This document shows, one piece after another, positions 22,801 through 32,719 of a DNA stretch of 64,000 bases. Under the pieces are notes generated by a model. The model was not told where the DNA came from. It did not search any database and worked only from the letters and a program-made list of their open reading frames with translations. Within the stretch, counting starts at the first letter, position 1. Each line of letters starts with the position of its first letter. Source of the DNA: TPA_inf: Saccharomyces (Eukaryota); contig BK006941.2 in the NCBI GenBank assembly GCA_000146045.2, forward strand, positions 608,001 to 672,000, written 5' to 3'. Position numbers and translations under genes: made by a program.

Positions 22801-23273
22801 TTTTGGAGAATAAGATCTGCATTGGTTGTAAAAAAAATATCAAAATATTAAACGTACCGGAAGTGTGTGATAAAAATGGATTTAAAATGAGGGAGCTTTT
22901 AAATCTACATGATAACAAAGTTTTAGCGAACATGTATAAAGAGACGTTCAAAGTAGTTTCCATGTTTCCGATAAAAAATTCAACTTTTGCATGTTTTCCA
23001 GAACTCTGCTTTTTTCTCAATAAGCAAGGGAAGAGGGAGGAGACAAAGGGATGTTTTCATTGGGAGGGGGAACCAGAACAGTTCGCGTGTTCCTACCCTT
23101 ATATTGTGGCAATTAATAGTAACTTTATTGAAATTAGACATATAGAAAATGGAGAACTTGTCCGCTGTGTACTTGGAAACAAGATACGTATGTTAAAATC
23201 ATATGCCAAGAAGATCTTATATTGTTATGAGGATCCTCAAGGATTTGAAATTATCGAACTGTTAAATTTTTGA
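19806..23273 (+). CDS. ROM1: Rho1 guanine-nucleotide exchange factor (DH-PH-CNH architecture), 1155 aa
   Basis: Ser-rich N-terminus and a central Dbl-homology region (ELFTTEKKFVKSLEIIRDTF...). The C-terminal citron-homology region is typical of Rom1 and Rom2. Confidence 0.9.
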   Translation: MNSNELDLRNKYFYEIFGKKRKSDTSTPTQLFSGSKVQTNINEISITNDEDEDSTEDENKASLKDYTLGHDTGARYRIAPDCSSHQLKASPVLHISTNLNSSPQSFTGDQISPTNKKISINDSTRQDKGNSCTTTSSPSQKRSNVLLPHVRKHSSPSLLSFSKNSGSHMGDPNQLSTPPTPKSAGHTMELHSSFNGKHSSSSTSSLFALESLKTQNRRSSNSSNHSSQYRRHTNQHQRHHSRSKSSPVSLTEISMIKGTPLVYPALLSLIAIKFKQTIKLSTHKKMGLLYRDSFTGKQAIDTLCLIIGSLDRNLGMLIGKSLEAQKLFHDVLYDHGVRDSVLEIYELSSESIFMAHQSQSSTSIANTFSSSSSSVNSLRTKTEIYGVFVPLTHCYSSTCSLEKLCYSISCPNRLQQQANLHLKLGGGLKRNISLALDKEDDERISWTNSVPKSVWESLSKQQIKRQEAIYELFTTEKKFVKSLEIIRDTFMKKLLETNIIPSDVRINFVKHVFAHINEIYSVNREFLKALAQRQSLSPICPGIADIFLQYLPFFDPFLSYIASRPYAKYLIETQRSVNPNFARFDDEVSNSSLRHGIDSFLSQGVSRPGRYSLLVREIIHFSDPVTDKDDLQMLMKVQDLLKDLMKRIDRASGAAQDRYDVKVLKQKILFKNEYVNLGLNNEKRKIKHEGLLSRKDVNKTDASFSGDIQFYLLDNMLLFLKSKAVNKWHQHTVFQRPIPLPLLFICPAEDMPPIKRYVTENPNCSAGVLLPQYQTSNPKNAIVFAYYGTKQQYQVTLYAPQPAGLQTLIEKVKQEQKRLLDETKHITFKQMVGQFFHSYINTNRVNDVLICHAGKILLVATNMGLFVLNYATSINQKPVHLLHKISISQISVLEEYKVMILLIDKKLYGCPLDVIDDAENADFLFRKNSKVLFKYVAMFKDGFCNGKRIIMIAHHFLHAVQLLIVNPLIFDFNSGNFKKNLKAGLVDFSVDSEPLSFSFLENKICIGCKKNIKILNVPEVCDKNGFKMRELLNLHDNKVLANMYKETFKVVSMFPIKNSTFACFPELCFFLNKQGKREETKGCFHWEGEPEQFACSYPYIVAINSNFIEIRHIENGELVRCVLGNKIRMLKSYAKKILYCYEDPQGFEIIELLNF

Positions 23274-23480
23274 GTTGACCGCCCATATTAATACCTTAAA
23301 ACTTATTTCTTGAACCTATACATCTAAATTTAAGTAATATTATTTTATTTGTATAACCATATGTAGTTTACCTGAAATATATGGGTGCCATTAAGAAAAT
23401 ATAATACAATGGACAAGAATTTTGTCCTAGAAAATAAAGTCTTGAAAGTATATTGTCCTTTCCTTTGGAATATTATGTCA

Positions 23481-26063
23481 CTAGCAAGCATCGAAAATTG
23501 ATCCAGAGTGAAAATTAATTTTTTCGAGATTAAACTGTGAATTCAAAAGTTTGATTTTAATTGTTTCCTCACTCAACTTGGTACTGAAGTCTTGATTAGC
23601 TGTTAGAGAAGATAATTCTGACCGTATTGAAGATGTCGAATTTACTGAAAGCAACTGAAGTAAAATATCGATTACTTCAATCTTGTTTTTACTGCTTATG
23701 TAATTATTCCAAATTGAATCCGAGATAGGAATATGAATATCAAATGTCTCTTCCATGGGATTTAGGCACCATTCCCCCGAGTTAGAGTCGTTTTCCTCAG
23801 ATAACTCATGTTTTGTAAAGTGAGATCCATCGAAGCTAATATCATTATCATTTAAGTAGTCATGGTATGCATTAGGCAGCTCATGCGCAATTCTGTTGAC
23901 ATAGCGTAATAGATCATCCCGAATGATTTGGACAAGTAATGAATCTTCTGTTAGTGGTGCGGTTAACTTGGTGTTACATAAAAGCTCTACGTCCCGTGAT
24001 TCTTTCATAAAAATGGCCTCGTAGTCAGAAAGAAGATTATTACCGGAATTCCGACCGCTCTCCCCACCACTATTAGAGGAACGAAAATTAGTTATATTGA
24101 TAAAGTTTTTAAGATACCTTAGAACAATTTTGGTCATGTTATGAACTATTTTATTTACCGATGTTGTGCCAAAGATTTCATTTAGAAGGCTTTTACTTTG
24201 GAAGATTGATGGATACAGGAAAGCACCAATCAAGTTTACATCATCAAGTAAATAAAGGTCTTTAACTTTTAGAAGCCTTGCTAGGATTTTTTCAAAGGGC
24301 TTTTTAGATTTGGTGAATTTGAAGCTTCGTATAATCTCTGTCAAATATAACTCAAACTTAATGATAAAAACCAAGGTATGGGTAAATTTCAATGGAGCGG
24401 AAGAAGCAAAGTACTCAATTGATTGCTCGAAAGTTCTTAACGTCTCTTCTACCGTGTTTATTAGACGAAAATCGGATTCACTAAGTGATTCATTTTCTAA
24501 ATGAGAGTTGATAGACTTGAAGAAAGGAACTAAGTTTGCAAATTTTTCTAAGATACTCTTCAAAGCTGAAAATCTATCGCAGTTACAGGAAAGGATTGAA
24601 GTAAGTTCATTGCAGTTAGGTTGTGTATAATTTTGGCAGTATAATAGGAAATCCGATTTTAGGGAGTCGTTTAAGTTAACTTCTTCTATCAAACAGCATA
24701 TTTTGCCGAGAATAGTAGATGATAAATCAATATGGGAAAAATCTATTAATGAGTCTAACAAAGAGCCTCCTGAATGATTTTCTTTGGCCACAGAAAAGGA
24801 AGACAGCATTGATTCAGTAGGAACATTAAACAACGGCTGTAAAAAACAATGAAGTAATTCAGATACTATGCAAGTATGGTACTTTATCTCCCTCACACTC
24901 CCGCTATGGAAAGTAAAATTATGACTGTTTCTATTCTCTAGTACCATTGTATAATGGCTTTGAGGCAAAGTTATAGAAATCACCGATTTTTGTAAGCCAG
25001 GGTATTTCGAATACAAATTGTTGAGCTGTTCCTGCCAGACACTAATATCTATATCCGTTGTTTTACGTACAAAAATAGATAATGGTAAACCCTTCGAAAC
25101 TTTGTTGGTATTATCGAACAGTTGCAAAGAAAATAATGATCTTTTTCCAGCCAGTTCTGTAAAATTTACAGAAATAAGATGGGATAAGTCCAAGTTAGAC
25201 AATTGTGCCCGAATTTCCCTAGAATATTTCAAGTAAAGAGGTTGATTTGATTCCTTACTATCGGATAAATGGATAGTAAAGGGTAATTGTGTATCATTCC
25301 TTGATATAGACCTTCTGATCAACTCATCAATTGATTTTGACAACCCTATAATTGACTCCTCTATTATATTGGTAGTTAAAGGAGGGATCCTATGAAATTT
25401 TGATAAAAGAGATTTAAAGGACACATTCTCAAAGAAGTTCAGCGGTAAATTTTCTGAGGCTATGACTATGGCTACTAATTGGGAAATAGAAAGGTAATTA
25501 CTGCTCTGTAATTTTCCTATGTCAAAGCATTTGAAACTTTGGTCGGAATTGAAGGTTAACGAATCATAGCCGTGTCTACGTGTAATTTCTGTGCTGGAAG
25601 TATTGTTTTTGAGATTGGAGTCTCCTACTGTGAAATTCATGGAATAGAAGTTTTTATTGGCACTTATATTATGCTTTGTTTTCAAGTGAGATCTAAAGGT
25701 TTTTGTCAAACTTGCATCGCTTCTTGTTAGTATCTCTCCACAATGTTTACATTTAACTTTCGTTAATTTCTTTTCAATTGCTAGAAAATGGGACCAGAAC
25801 TTTGCTATATTCTTCTTGAGCATTTGAACCGGAATCCATATATTTAACCCATCATTTATGATTTCGTCTTCCGGATGAATTCTACTTGATAGGATTTTAT
25901 TGCCGTCTTTTTCTATAAGTTCTATATCCTCAGTATCGTCTTCTTCCTCGTCTTCCTCCTCATGACTAGTAGAGTGAGAAGATGAATGATCAGAATTATT
26001 GATGATTTCGTTATCTTCTAAAGTCACCAAATCCCCATGTAAATCATCCAATGCAGTGTTCAT
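23481..26063 (-). CDS. ENV11: BED-zinc-finger nuclear protein, Vid22 paralogue, 860 aa
   Basis: Acidic N-terminus followed by a BED-type finger (KCKHCGEILTRSDASLTKTFRSHLKTKHN). The length and position match YGR071C. Confidence 0.8.
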   Translation of the reverse strand: MNTALDDLHGDLVTLEDNEIINNSDHSSSHSTSHEEEDEEEDDTEDIELIEKDGNKILSSRIHPEDEIINDGLNIWIPVQMLKKNIAKFWSHFLAIEKKLTKVKCKHCGEILTRSDASLTKTFRSHLKTKHNISANKNFYSMNFTVGDSNLKNNTSSTEITRRHGYDSLTFNSDQSFKCFDIGKLQSSNYLSISQLVAIVIASENLPLNFFENVSFKSLLSKFHRIPPLTTNIIEESIIGLSKSIDELIRRSISRNDTQLPFTIHLSDSKESNQPLYLKYSREIRAQLSNLDLSHLISVNFTELAGKRSLFSLQLFDNTNKVSKGLPLSIFVRKTTDIDISVWQEQLNNLYSKYPGLQKSVISITLPQSHYTMVLENRNSHNFTFHSGSVREIKYHTCIVSELLHCFLQPLFNVPTESMLSSFSVAKENHSGGSLLDSLIDFSHIDLSSTILGKICCLIEEVNLNDSLKSDFLLYCQNYTQPNCNELTSILSCNCDRFSALKSILEKFANLVPFFKSINSHLENESLSESDFRLINTVEETLRTFEQSIEYFASSAPLKFTHTLVFIIKFELYLTEIIRSFKFTKSKKPFEKILARLLKVKDLYLLDDVNLIGAFLYPSIFQSKSLLNEIFGTTSVNKIVHNMTKIVLRYLKNFINITNFRSSNSGGESGRNSGNNLLSDYEAIFMKESRDVELLCNTKLTAPLTEDSLLVQIIRDDLLRYVNRIAHELPNAYHDYLNDNDISFDGSHFTKHELSEENDSNSGEWCLNPMEETFDIHIPISDSIWNNYISSKNKIEVIDILLQLLSVNSTSSIRSELSSLTANQDFSTKLSEETIKIKLLNSQFNLEKINFHSGSIFDAC

Positions 26064-26303
26064 ATTAATGATTGAGTAGATTGGTACATATGCTATTTCG
26101 GAAGACTTTTGTTATTCTATGGTTTATCATCCCTTTATTTATTTTGTGTATTGTTTGCTGATCAAAAGTTGAAAATTTTTCGCCTAAAAAGTAAGATACA
26201 AAAGAAAATATTGTCGATGATTATTGCATGAATATATCAGCAAAGAGGAAAGGAAAACCTACTGAGGGACTTACATTTCTGCTGAAATATATAGTAATCT
26301 ATC

Positions 26304-27467
26304 ATGAGCAATGTGGCTGGGGAATTGAAGAATAGTGAGGGGAAAAAGAAAGGCAGGGGAAATAGGTATCATAACAAGAACAGAGGAAAAAGTAAGAATG
26401 AGACGGTAGATCCTAAAAAGAATGAGAATAAGGTTAATAATGCTACTAATGCTACCCACAACAATAGCAAAGGCAGAAGGAATAACAAGAAAAGGAACAG
26501 AGAGTATTATAACTATAAAAGAAAGGCTAGATTGGGTAAATCAACCGAGAATGAAGGATTTAAGCTTGTTATTAGATTGCTACCTCCAAATTTGACTGCA
26601 GATGAATTTTTTGCCATCTTACGAGATAATAATAACGATGATGGTGATAAGCAAGATATCCAGGGTAAACTCAAGTACAGTGACTGGTGTTTTTTTGAAG
26701 GTCATTATTCTAGTAAAGTATTCAAAAACTCGACATATTCTCGGTGCAATTTCTTGTTCGACAACTTATCAGACTTGGAAAAATGCGCAAATTTCATTAA
26801 AACTTGTAAATTCATTGATAATAAGGATAATATTACAATTCCAGATATGAAACTGTCGCCCTACGTAAAGAAATTCACTCAAACATCAAAAAAGGATGCC
26901 GCGCTAGTAGGAACAATTGAAGAAGACGAAATTTTTAAAACATTTATGAATTCAATGAAACAGCTGAATGAAAATGACGAGTACTCATTCCAAGATTTTA
27001 GCGTATTGAAATCTTTAGAAAAAGAATTCTCAAAAAGCATAGAGTTAGAAAATAAAATAGCAGAAAGAACAGAAAGGGTGTTAACAGAGCTGGTTGGAAC
27101 TGGTGATAAGGTCAAGAATAAGAACAAAAAGAAGAAAAATAAAAACGCCAAAAAGAAATTCAAAGAAGAGGAAGCATCCGCTAAGATACCAAAGAAAAAA
27201 CGGAACAGAGGCAAGAAGAAGCGTGAAAATCGTGAAAAAAGCACCATTTCTAAGACCAAGAACAGTAATGTGGTTATTATTGAGGAAGCGGGTAAAGAGG
27301 TTTTGAAACAAAGGAAGAAGAAAATGCTTTTGCAAGAGAAGTTAAAAATATCAAACTCCTCTCAGCCTCAGTCATCATCCGCTCAAACCCAGCCGTCGTT
27401 CCAACCTAAAGAAAACCTTTTCGTACCACGGGTAAAAATTTTGCATCGTGATGATACCAAGAAGTAG
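26304..27467 (+). CDS. UPF3: Nonsense-mediated mRNA decay factor Upf3, 387 aa
   Basis: Extremely Lys/Arg-rich N- and C-termini (NLS-like) flanking an RRM-like core (LVIRLLPPNLTADEFF). Recognised as Upf3. Confidence 0.9.
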   Translation: MSNVAGELKNSEGKKKGRGNRYHNKNRGKSKNETVDPKKNENKVNNATNATHNNSKGRRNNKKRNREYYNYKRKARLGKSTENEGFKLVIRLLPPNLTADEFFAILRDNNNDDGDKQDIQGKLKYSDWCFFEGHYSSKVFKNSTYSRCNFLFDNLSDLEKCANFIKTCKFIDNKDNITIPDMKLSPYVKKFTQTSKKDAALVGTIEEDEIFKTFMNSMKQLNENDEYSFQDFSVLKSLEKEFSKSIELENKIAERTERVLTELVGTGDKVKNKNKKKKNKNAKKKFKEEEASAKIPKKKRNRGKKKRENREKSTISKTKNSNVVIIEEAGKEVLKQRKKKMLLQEKLKISNSSQPQSSSAQTQPSFQPKENLFVPRVKILHRDDTKK

Positions 27468-27614
27468 TAAAAGCTCATGGCTTCTTATATATTATATATG
27501 GAATACATTTATAATAAAATAATAAGAATTATATATTTTATGATTATATTATTACATAAAGTATTCCCCATTATAAATTCTGAGTTTCGTATTTAATGAT
27601 TTTTCAATGAATAT

Positions 27615-27986
27615 TTAAAATAATAAAATATATGAAATGTTCATATACAATGAAATTGTCATGAAGAAAGATGACTCCAAGTATCGTTTATAAATCGTCG
27701 AGAAAAAGATTATGAAGTTGGTTAACTTTTTAAAAAAGCTGCGCAATGAGCAGGTTACCATAGAACTAAAAAACGGTACCACCGTTTGGGGTACACTGCA
27801 GTCGGTATCACCACAAATGAATGCTATCTTAACTGACGTGAAGTTGACCCTACCACAACCCCGACTAAATAAATTGAACAGTAATGGTATTGCGATGGCT
27901 AGTCTGTACTTGACTGGAGGACAGCAACCTACTGCAAGTGACAACATAGCAAGTTTGCAATACATAAACATTAGAGGCAATACCAT
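27615..27986 (-). other. Dubious ORF antisense to SMD1 (corresponds to YGR073C)
   Basis: Overlaps the 5' half of SMD1 on the opposite strand. It is Cys/Phe-rich and has no domain. Confidence 0.25.
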
Positions 27987-28152
27987 AAGACAGATAATCT
28001 TACCTGATTCCTTGAACCTGGATTCACTTTTGGTTGACCAAAAGCAACTTAATTCCCTAAGAAGATCGGGTCAAATTGCAAATGACCCCAGCAAAAAGAG
28101 AAGGCGCGATTTTGGTGCACCAGCGAATAAAAGGCCAAGAAGAGGTCTATGA
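27712..28152 (+). CDS. SMD1: Core snRNP protein Sm D1, 146 aa
   Basis: Sm fold N-terminus (MKLVNFLKKLRNEQVTIELKNGTTVWGTL) and a basic C-terminal tail. Confidence 0.95.
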   Translation: MKLVNFLKKLRNEQVTIELKNGTTVWGTLQSVSPQMNAILTDVKLTLPQPRLNKLNSNGIAMASLYLTGGQQPTASDNIASLQYINIRGNTIRQIILPDSLNLDSLLVDQKQLNSLRRSGQIANDPSKKRRRDFGAPANKRPRRGL

Positions 28153-28875
28153 TTCGCTGCTGGTGTCGTTGTCATCTTCACTGTCACCATTACTTTCGCT
28201 TTCGCTAGAACTACTCTCTTCATCAGAGTTGTATATTTTATTCCATTGACATTTCCCTAATGGAATACCCCAGATATGGTCCTGTGTGGCCAACCAATCG
28301 ACTAATTCATCAATGTGTATTATACAAAGTTCTTCGTTATAGGAGTGAGCAAAGCAGTCTACTTGTAGTGGGAAACTTTTTAGTTTGAAATAATGCTGTG
28401 AATATTTGTATAATTGTACTTTAAATAACTTTATCAAATCATTTTCATCATCATCGTTTTTGTTATTGCCATTCAAATAATAATACTGTAACCGCGCATA
28501 AACCAGAAGCAAAGCAATAATATATTTCGAGTCAAAACCGTTCTCATTTTTTACATTCAATAAGAAGTTCAACTGCTGGAAATTCGGTCTGATTTCGATT
28601 AACTTCATTAAGATGCATTTAAACTCAATGCCACCGAGAACCATCATGTGTAAATGACCATTTTGACCTTTTATGGTACCAAATGCGCCAATCATAACTT
28701 TCAAAAGCTCTACCATTGTATTGCCTCTCAAAGATTCGTTGCTTAGATTTACTTTATAGTACATTGAATTATGAATTTTATCTCTTGTCAACCGAGGAAT
28801 AACAAGTGACACTGACTGGTTATTCAGTTGTTTTGGAGAGATGTTAGACTCCACTTGAAATTCATTGACAGCCAT
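28147..28875 (-). CDS. PRP38: U4/U6.U5 tri-snRNP pre-mRNA splicing factor Prp38, 242 aa
   Basis: Recognised N-terminal PRP38 domain and an acidic Ser/Asp/Glu-rich C-terminus. The stop codon (revcomp TAG at 28147-28149) lies inside the last SMD1 codons. Confidence 0.9.
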   Translation of the reverse strand: MAVNEFQVESNISPKQLNNQSVSLVIPRLTRDKIHNSMYYKVNLSNESLRGNTMVELLKVMIGAFGTIKGQNGHLHMMVLGGIEFKCILMKLIEIRPNFQQLNFLLNVKNENGFDSKYIIALLLVYARLQYYYLNGNNKNDDDENDLIKLFKVQLYKYSQHYFKLKSFPLQVDCFAHSYNEELCIIHIDELVDWLATQDHIWGIPLGKCQWNKIYNSDEESSSSESESNGDSEDDNDTSSES

Positions 28876-29103
28876 TGTAGTCCTTGTTCTTTACCCACGT
28901 TTTGTTTTTGTTCTTGCGTTTTTACTGCCACTGAAAATATAGCGTTGTAATGGCTTTAGATTTTACTTTTTTTTATCATAATTCTTGTTCAGAACGTTCG
29001 TTATTGATATCACAAAATTATTTACATGATTAGACATTAAAAACATAAAACAGTACACATAGGGTTTACTATTCTAAACTATAGTTATCTTCTCTCTTAT
29101 TCT

Positions 29104-29595
<492 letters not shown>

Positions 29596-29743
29596 CTAGT
29601 TGGTTTTCCTATTCTGTATAAATGGTTCACTTTATTTCGTATTTCACTTGCTCTTCCACTTTCACTTGTATCCCAGTCATTTTTTTTTTTTGTTTGAGAA
29701 AAAAGGAATATAAAAAGGCGCTACTATAAAGTACTTAATGATA

Positions 29744-31513
29744 CTATAATTTAGAAGATTGACTTGATAAGACCGTTGTGTACCACCAGTCGATGGCTAG
29801 GGAGGATTCTAGACTCGAAACCATTTCCCACAATTGTTGAAGTAGCTTTTTGTTATGTGTATTGATTAGCTGGAGACAGATGTTCAACCAGCCGATCAAA
29901 TGATGAGGATTGTTGATAAAGGCTATTTGTACAATCAGACATTCAATCAATACATTCTTCTTTTCTGGGTTTTTTACATTAACAATTCTGATATACGTCT
30001 CGTGCAAAGAGTCCCTAAGCAAATGCTTGTTATAATTATGTAGTGAGGGAAGTTGTGTGGATAGATGGCCGAATATAAGTAAAATTTGATTTGCGGACAA
30101 TTTACCTGCAATAAATTGGTCCATCGACATCTTTAAATAGACGAGTATGCGGGATACTTGCCATTGTGCAACCTGTGAGGAATAAGAGGAGTCTATAGAC
30201 AGTACAGTGATTGTCAATGTGTGTATAGATTCTTTGATTTCAATATCCAAGGTATTGCCCGTCTTCCCGCTAAAAAATACATCGAAATGCAGTAAAGGTT
30301 CGATAAACTCAGTAATAAACGGCAAACGAATGCGACACCCATAGTAATTAGTAATTTTGTTTAGAAAATTGATGTAAAACACTAATTTATTTGGATCTTG
30401 TTTGGTGTTGTTTCTTTTCATTAGTTCCAAAACTGTAGTGATTTTAGACAAGTCATCCATGACAATGAAATACGTTACTAAATTATCGTAAACATAATCG
30501 TAACTGGGAAAACCGACTGTCCCGATTTTTTGAGTCAATACGTGGACGTGGAAAAGGCTTAAACAGATCATAGAATAAAAAGTGTCTTTATGGTTAGGCA
30601 GTATTGTCATATTCATGGCGGATAATTCTTTTAACGCGAGGATTATCAGGATAAATACATTTTGGAACTTGAAATCTAGTTGTTGTTCTTTCAACGAAGC
30701 CACAGTATCGGACAAGTATCGACATATCCTTTCTAGTTTGCGTACTGAATTTACCAAAGTTGCCTCATTTGACCTCGTGATTGAACTGGTCAAGCAACTG
30801 GCCAAATGATTCAAGTTGGTTGATAAGACTGAATCAGTCGAAAAAATTTCCATCGGCTGCACAATGCCGTGTACATACTCTTCCAAAAGGTCCAATAGTT
30901 TCTCTGTGACCAAATTCCATGATACGTCAACTCCATGCAAAAGGGCGCTTCGGTTTGACTGATTAAAAAGTAAAGCTAATGCTATCAGAAGGCAATGCTG
31001 AATCGATAAATTAGCCCTGACAATGGCAGTATTCCATAGCTGCGCCCATATTGGTGAAAACAGTTGTAATTTCCAGTTTCTGTAATAAAGCGCAGTTTTG
31101 TTGCTGGATTCATCAATAAAATAGGCGTTGTTCAATTGTTTGAAGCTCGGGTATGTGACTAGTACACCATCCAAAACCATCAACTGTGAAAGGTTCCACG
31201 TGGCTCGGTGAGATTCGAAAACAGCATTCCAAACCAAGTAAAACTTCGAAATTGGGAGCGTGGGCTCAGAAACTTCCAGTTTCCAAAGGAAAACATCTTT
31301 GACGATGTGCAAAAGGCGTAGTGGTGGTAATTGGACAATGAACTGCGATCGGAAAAGTGCTCCGACCAAGCGATACAAAGTGTCGGGGGATTTGACTCTT
31401 GGGACGTAGTATACCACATTGGCCGCGATTTCGTCTAGCAGGCGTTGATCATACTGGATCCTCGTTTCGGAAGAGAGTGCAGTGATCAGATATTCGACGT
31501 CATGATCAAACAT
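29744..31513 (-). CDS. PEX8: Intraperoxisomal peroxin Pex8 (importomer organiser), 589 aa
   Basis: C-terminal ...SKL tripeptide (PTS1) and leucine-rich helical repeats. Matches Pex8. Confidence 0.85.
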   Translation of the reverse strand: MFDHDVEYLITALSSETRIQYDQRLLDEIAANVVYYVPRVKSPDTLYRLVGALFRSQFIVQLPPLRLLHIVKDVFLWKLEVSEPTLPISKFYLVWNAVFESHRATWNLSQLMVLDGVLVTYPSFKQLNNAYFIDESSNKTALYYRNWKLQLFSPIWAQLWNTAIVRANLSIQHCLLIALALLFNQSNRSALLHGVDVSWNLVTEKLLDLLEEYVHGIVQPMEIFSTDSVLSTNLNHLASCLTSSITRSNEATLVNSVRKLERICRYLSDTVASLKEQQLDFKFQNVFILIILALKELSAMNMTILPNHKDTFYSMICLSLFHVHVLTQKIGTVGFPSYDYVYDNLVTYFIVMDDLSKITTVLELMKRNNTKQDPNKLVFYINFLNKITNYYGCRIRLPFITEFIEPLLHFDVFFSGKTGNTLDIEIKESIHTLTITVLSIDSSYSSQVAQWQVSRILVYLKMSMDQFIAGKLSANQILLIFGHLSTQLPSLHNYNKHLLRDSLHETYIRIVNVKNPEKKNVLIECLIVQIAFINNPHHLIGWLNICLQLINTHNKKLLQQLWEMVSSLESSLAIDWWYTTVLSSQSSKL

Positions 31514-31673
31514 AATGTCCTAATGCCCTCTGTAAGTGCGGTTTTGCGCGCATACATGCGTATTCATATTTCCCTTTTGCATTTGTCTTCTTCGGTTTTC
31601 CTGGTAGAATTTCCCTTAATGGGAGAGTAGTAACAATGCAAAAAATGAAGAAAATTGAGAAAAAACAAAAAAG

Positions 31674-31697
31674 AAAAAAAAAAAAAAAAAAAAAAAG
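31674..31697 (+). repeat. poly(dA) tract of 24 bp between PEX8 and PAC10
   Basis: 24 consecutive A, in the PEX8 promoter and the PAC10 3' region. Confidence 0.9.
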
Positions 31698-31771
31698 AGA
31701 GCTATGTAGGTTGATTGTGTTGTTCTATGTAGTGCCCTTTATTTTTCTTTGGATTTAAATTTACAGACACA

Positions 31772-32371
31772 TTATATCTTGAGGTTTTTAGTCCCTTCTT
31801 GAGCCTGCTTCAAGTCTTGCCTTCTCTGAACGTCCCAGTTATACAATCGCGCGCAATTGACCTCCATTGTCGTGATATTTTCCCTCAAAAACTCTACGTC
31901 CTCGGTGGACACCGTTAAAGACTGTTCGGAATCCGCGAGTTTCTTCTTTAACAACTCTATGGCCTCGTCGATGGGATATTCCAGCATCACGTCTGCGCCA
32001 AGCCACAACCCAACTTTCAAATCCGCCCGATCTTCCGGTATATCAACCTGAGCCTTTGTGTAGAGCGTGTCGTTCAATTGGTAGTGCAACAGGATAGGTT
32101 CATCGCTCTCATCGCCCTCGTCGCTGTGATTGCGCAGACTTTGGCATATTTTTAATGTGTTTTCCAAGTCCGGGATTCTAGTCTTCAGCTGCTTTATCGT
32201 AGCCAATTTAGATTCCTGCATAAATTTGTACTTAGAAAGCCGTTCTTGGAACTTATTGAAGCACAATTCGAAGTCGCTTGGGTCCTTAATTATTTCGTTG
32301 ACATTTTCGATGAATGGAGCCTGCGGTATGCCTCTGGCATTCTTTTCCGTGGAGTTGAACAGTGTGTCCAT
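31772..32371 (-). CDS. PAC10: Prefoldin subunit 3 (Gim2), 199 aa
   Basis: Coiled-coil alpha-class prefoldin. Recognised as Pac10. Confidence 0.85.
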   Translation of the reverse strand: MDTLFNSTEKNARGIPQAPFIENVNEIIKDPSDFELCFNKFQERLSKYKFMQESKLATIKQLKTRIPDLENTLKICQSLRNHSDEGDESDEPILLHYQLNDTLYTKAQVDIPEDRADLKVGLWLGADVMLEYPIDEAIELLKKKLADSEQSLTVSTEDVEFLRENITTMEVNCARLYNWDVQRRQDLKQAQEGTKNLKI

Positions 32372-32617
32372 AATAACCGTAGTATCTGTTATATATGTGC
32401 GTACAGTTTTCTGCAGTAAATGTTGTCTACAATTTATAGCCTCTACAATAGTGTTAAACTAGATTTTTTCACTTTCTTTTCTGACCAGTTCTGCAAAATG
32501 ATCGAAGAAACGAAACAAATCATGTGTTACCCGTCCTGCACAATCATGAGTGCCTGCGGTTTCCATATTGGAACGGCACCTTCCTTTTTTGGAAGTCACG
32601 TTCCTGCAGCGCGTTTC

Positions 32618-32641
32618 TTTTTTTTTTTTTTTTTTTTTTTT
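32618..32641 (+). repeat. poly(dT) tract of 24 bp in the YGR079W promoter
   Basis: 24 consecutive T, about 80 bp upstream of the YGR079W ATG. Confidence 0.9.
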
Positions 32642-32719
32642 ATTTTTCGGTTTTTTTCGCACGTTTCTTTTTGGTGAGCGAGAAAGCTCGTTGCCTCCTA
32701 ATATAAAGGATGAGATGAG

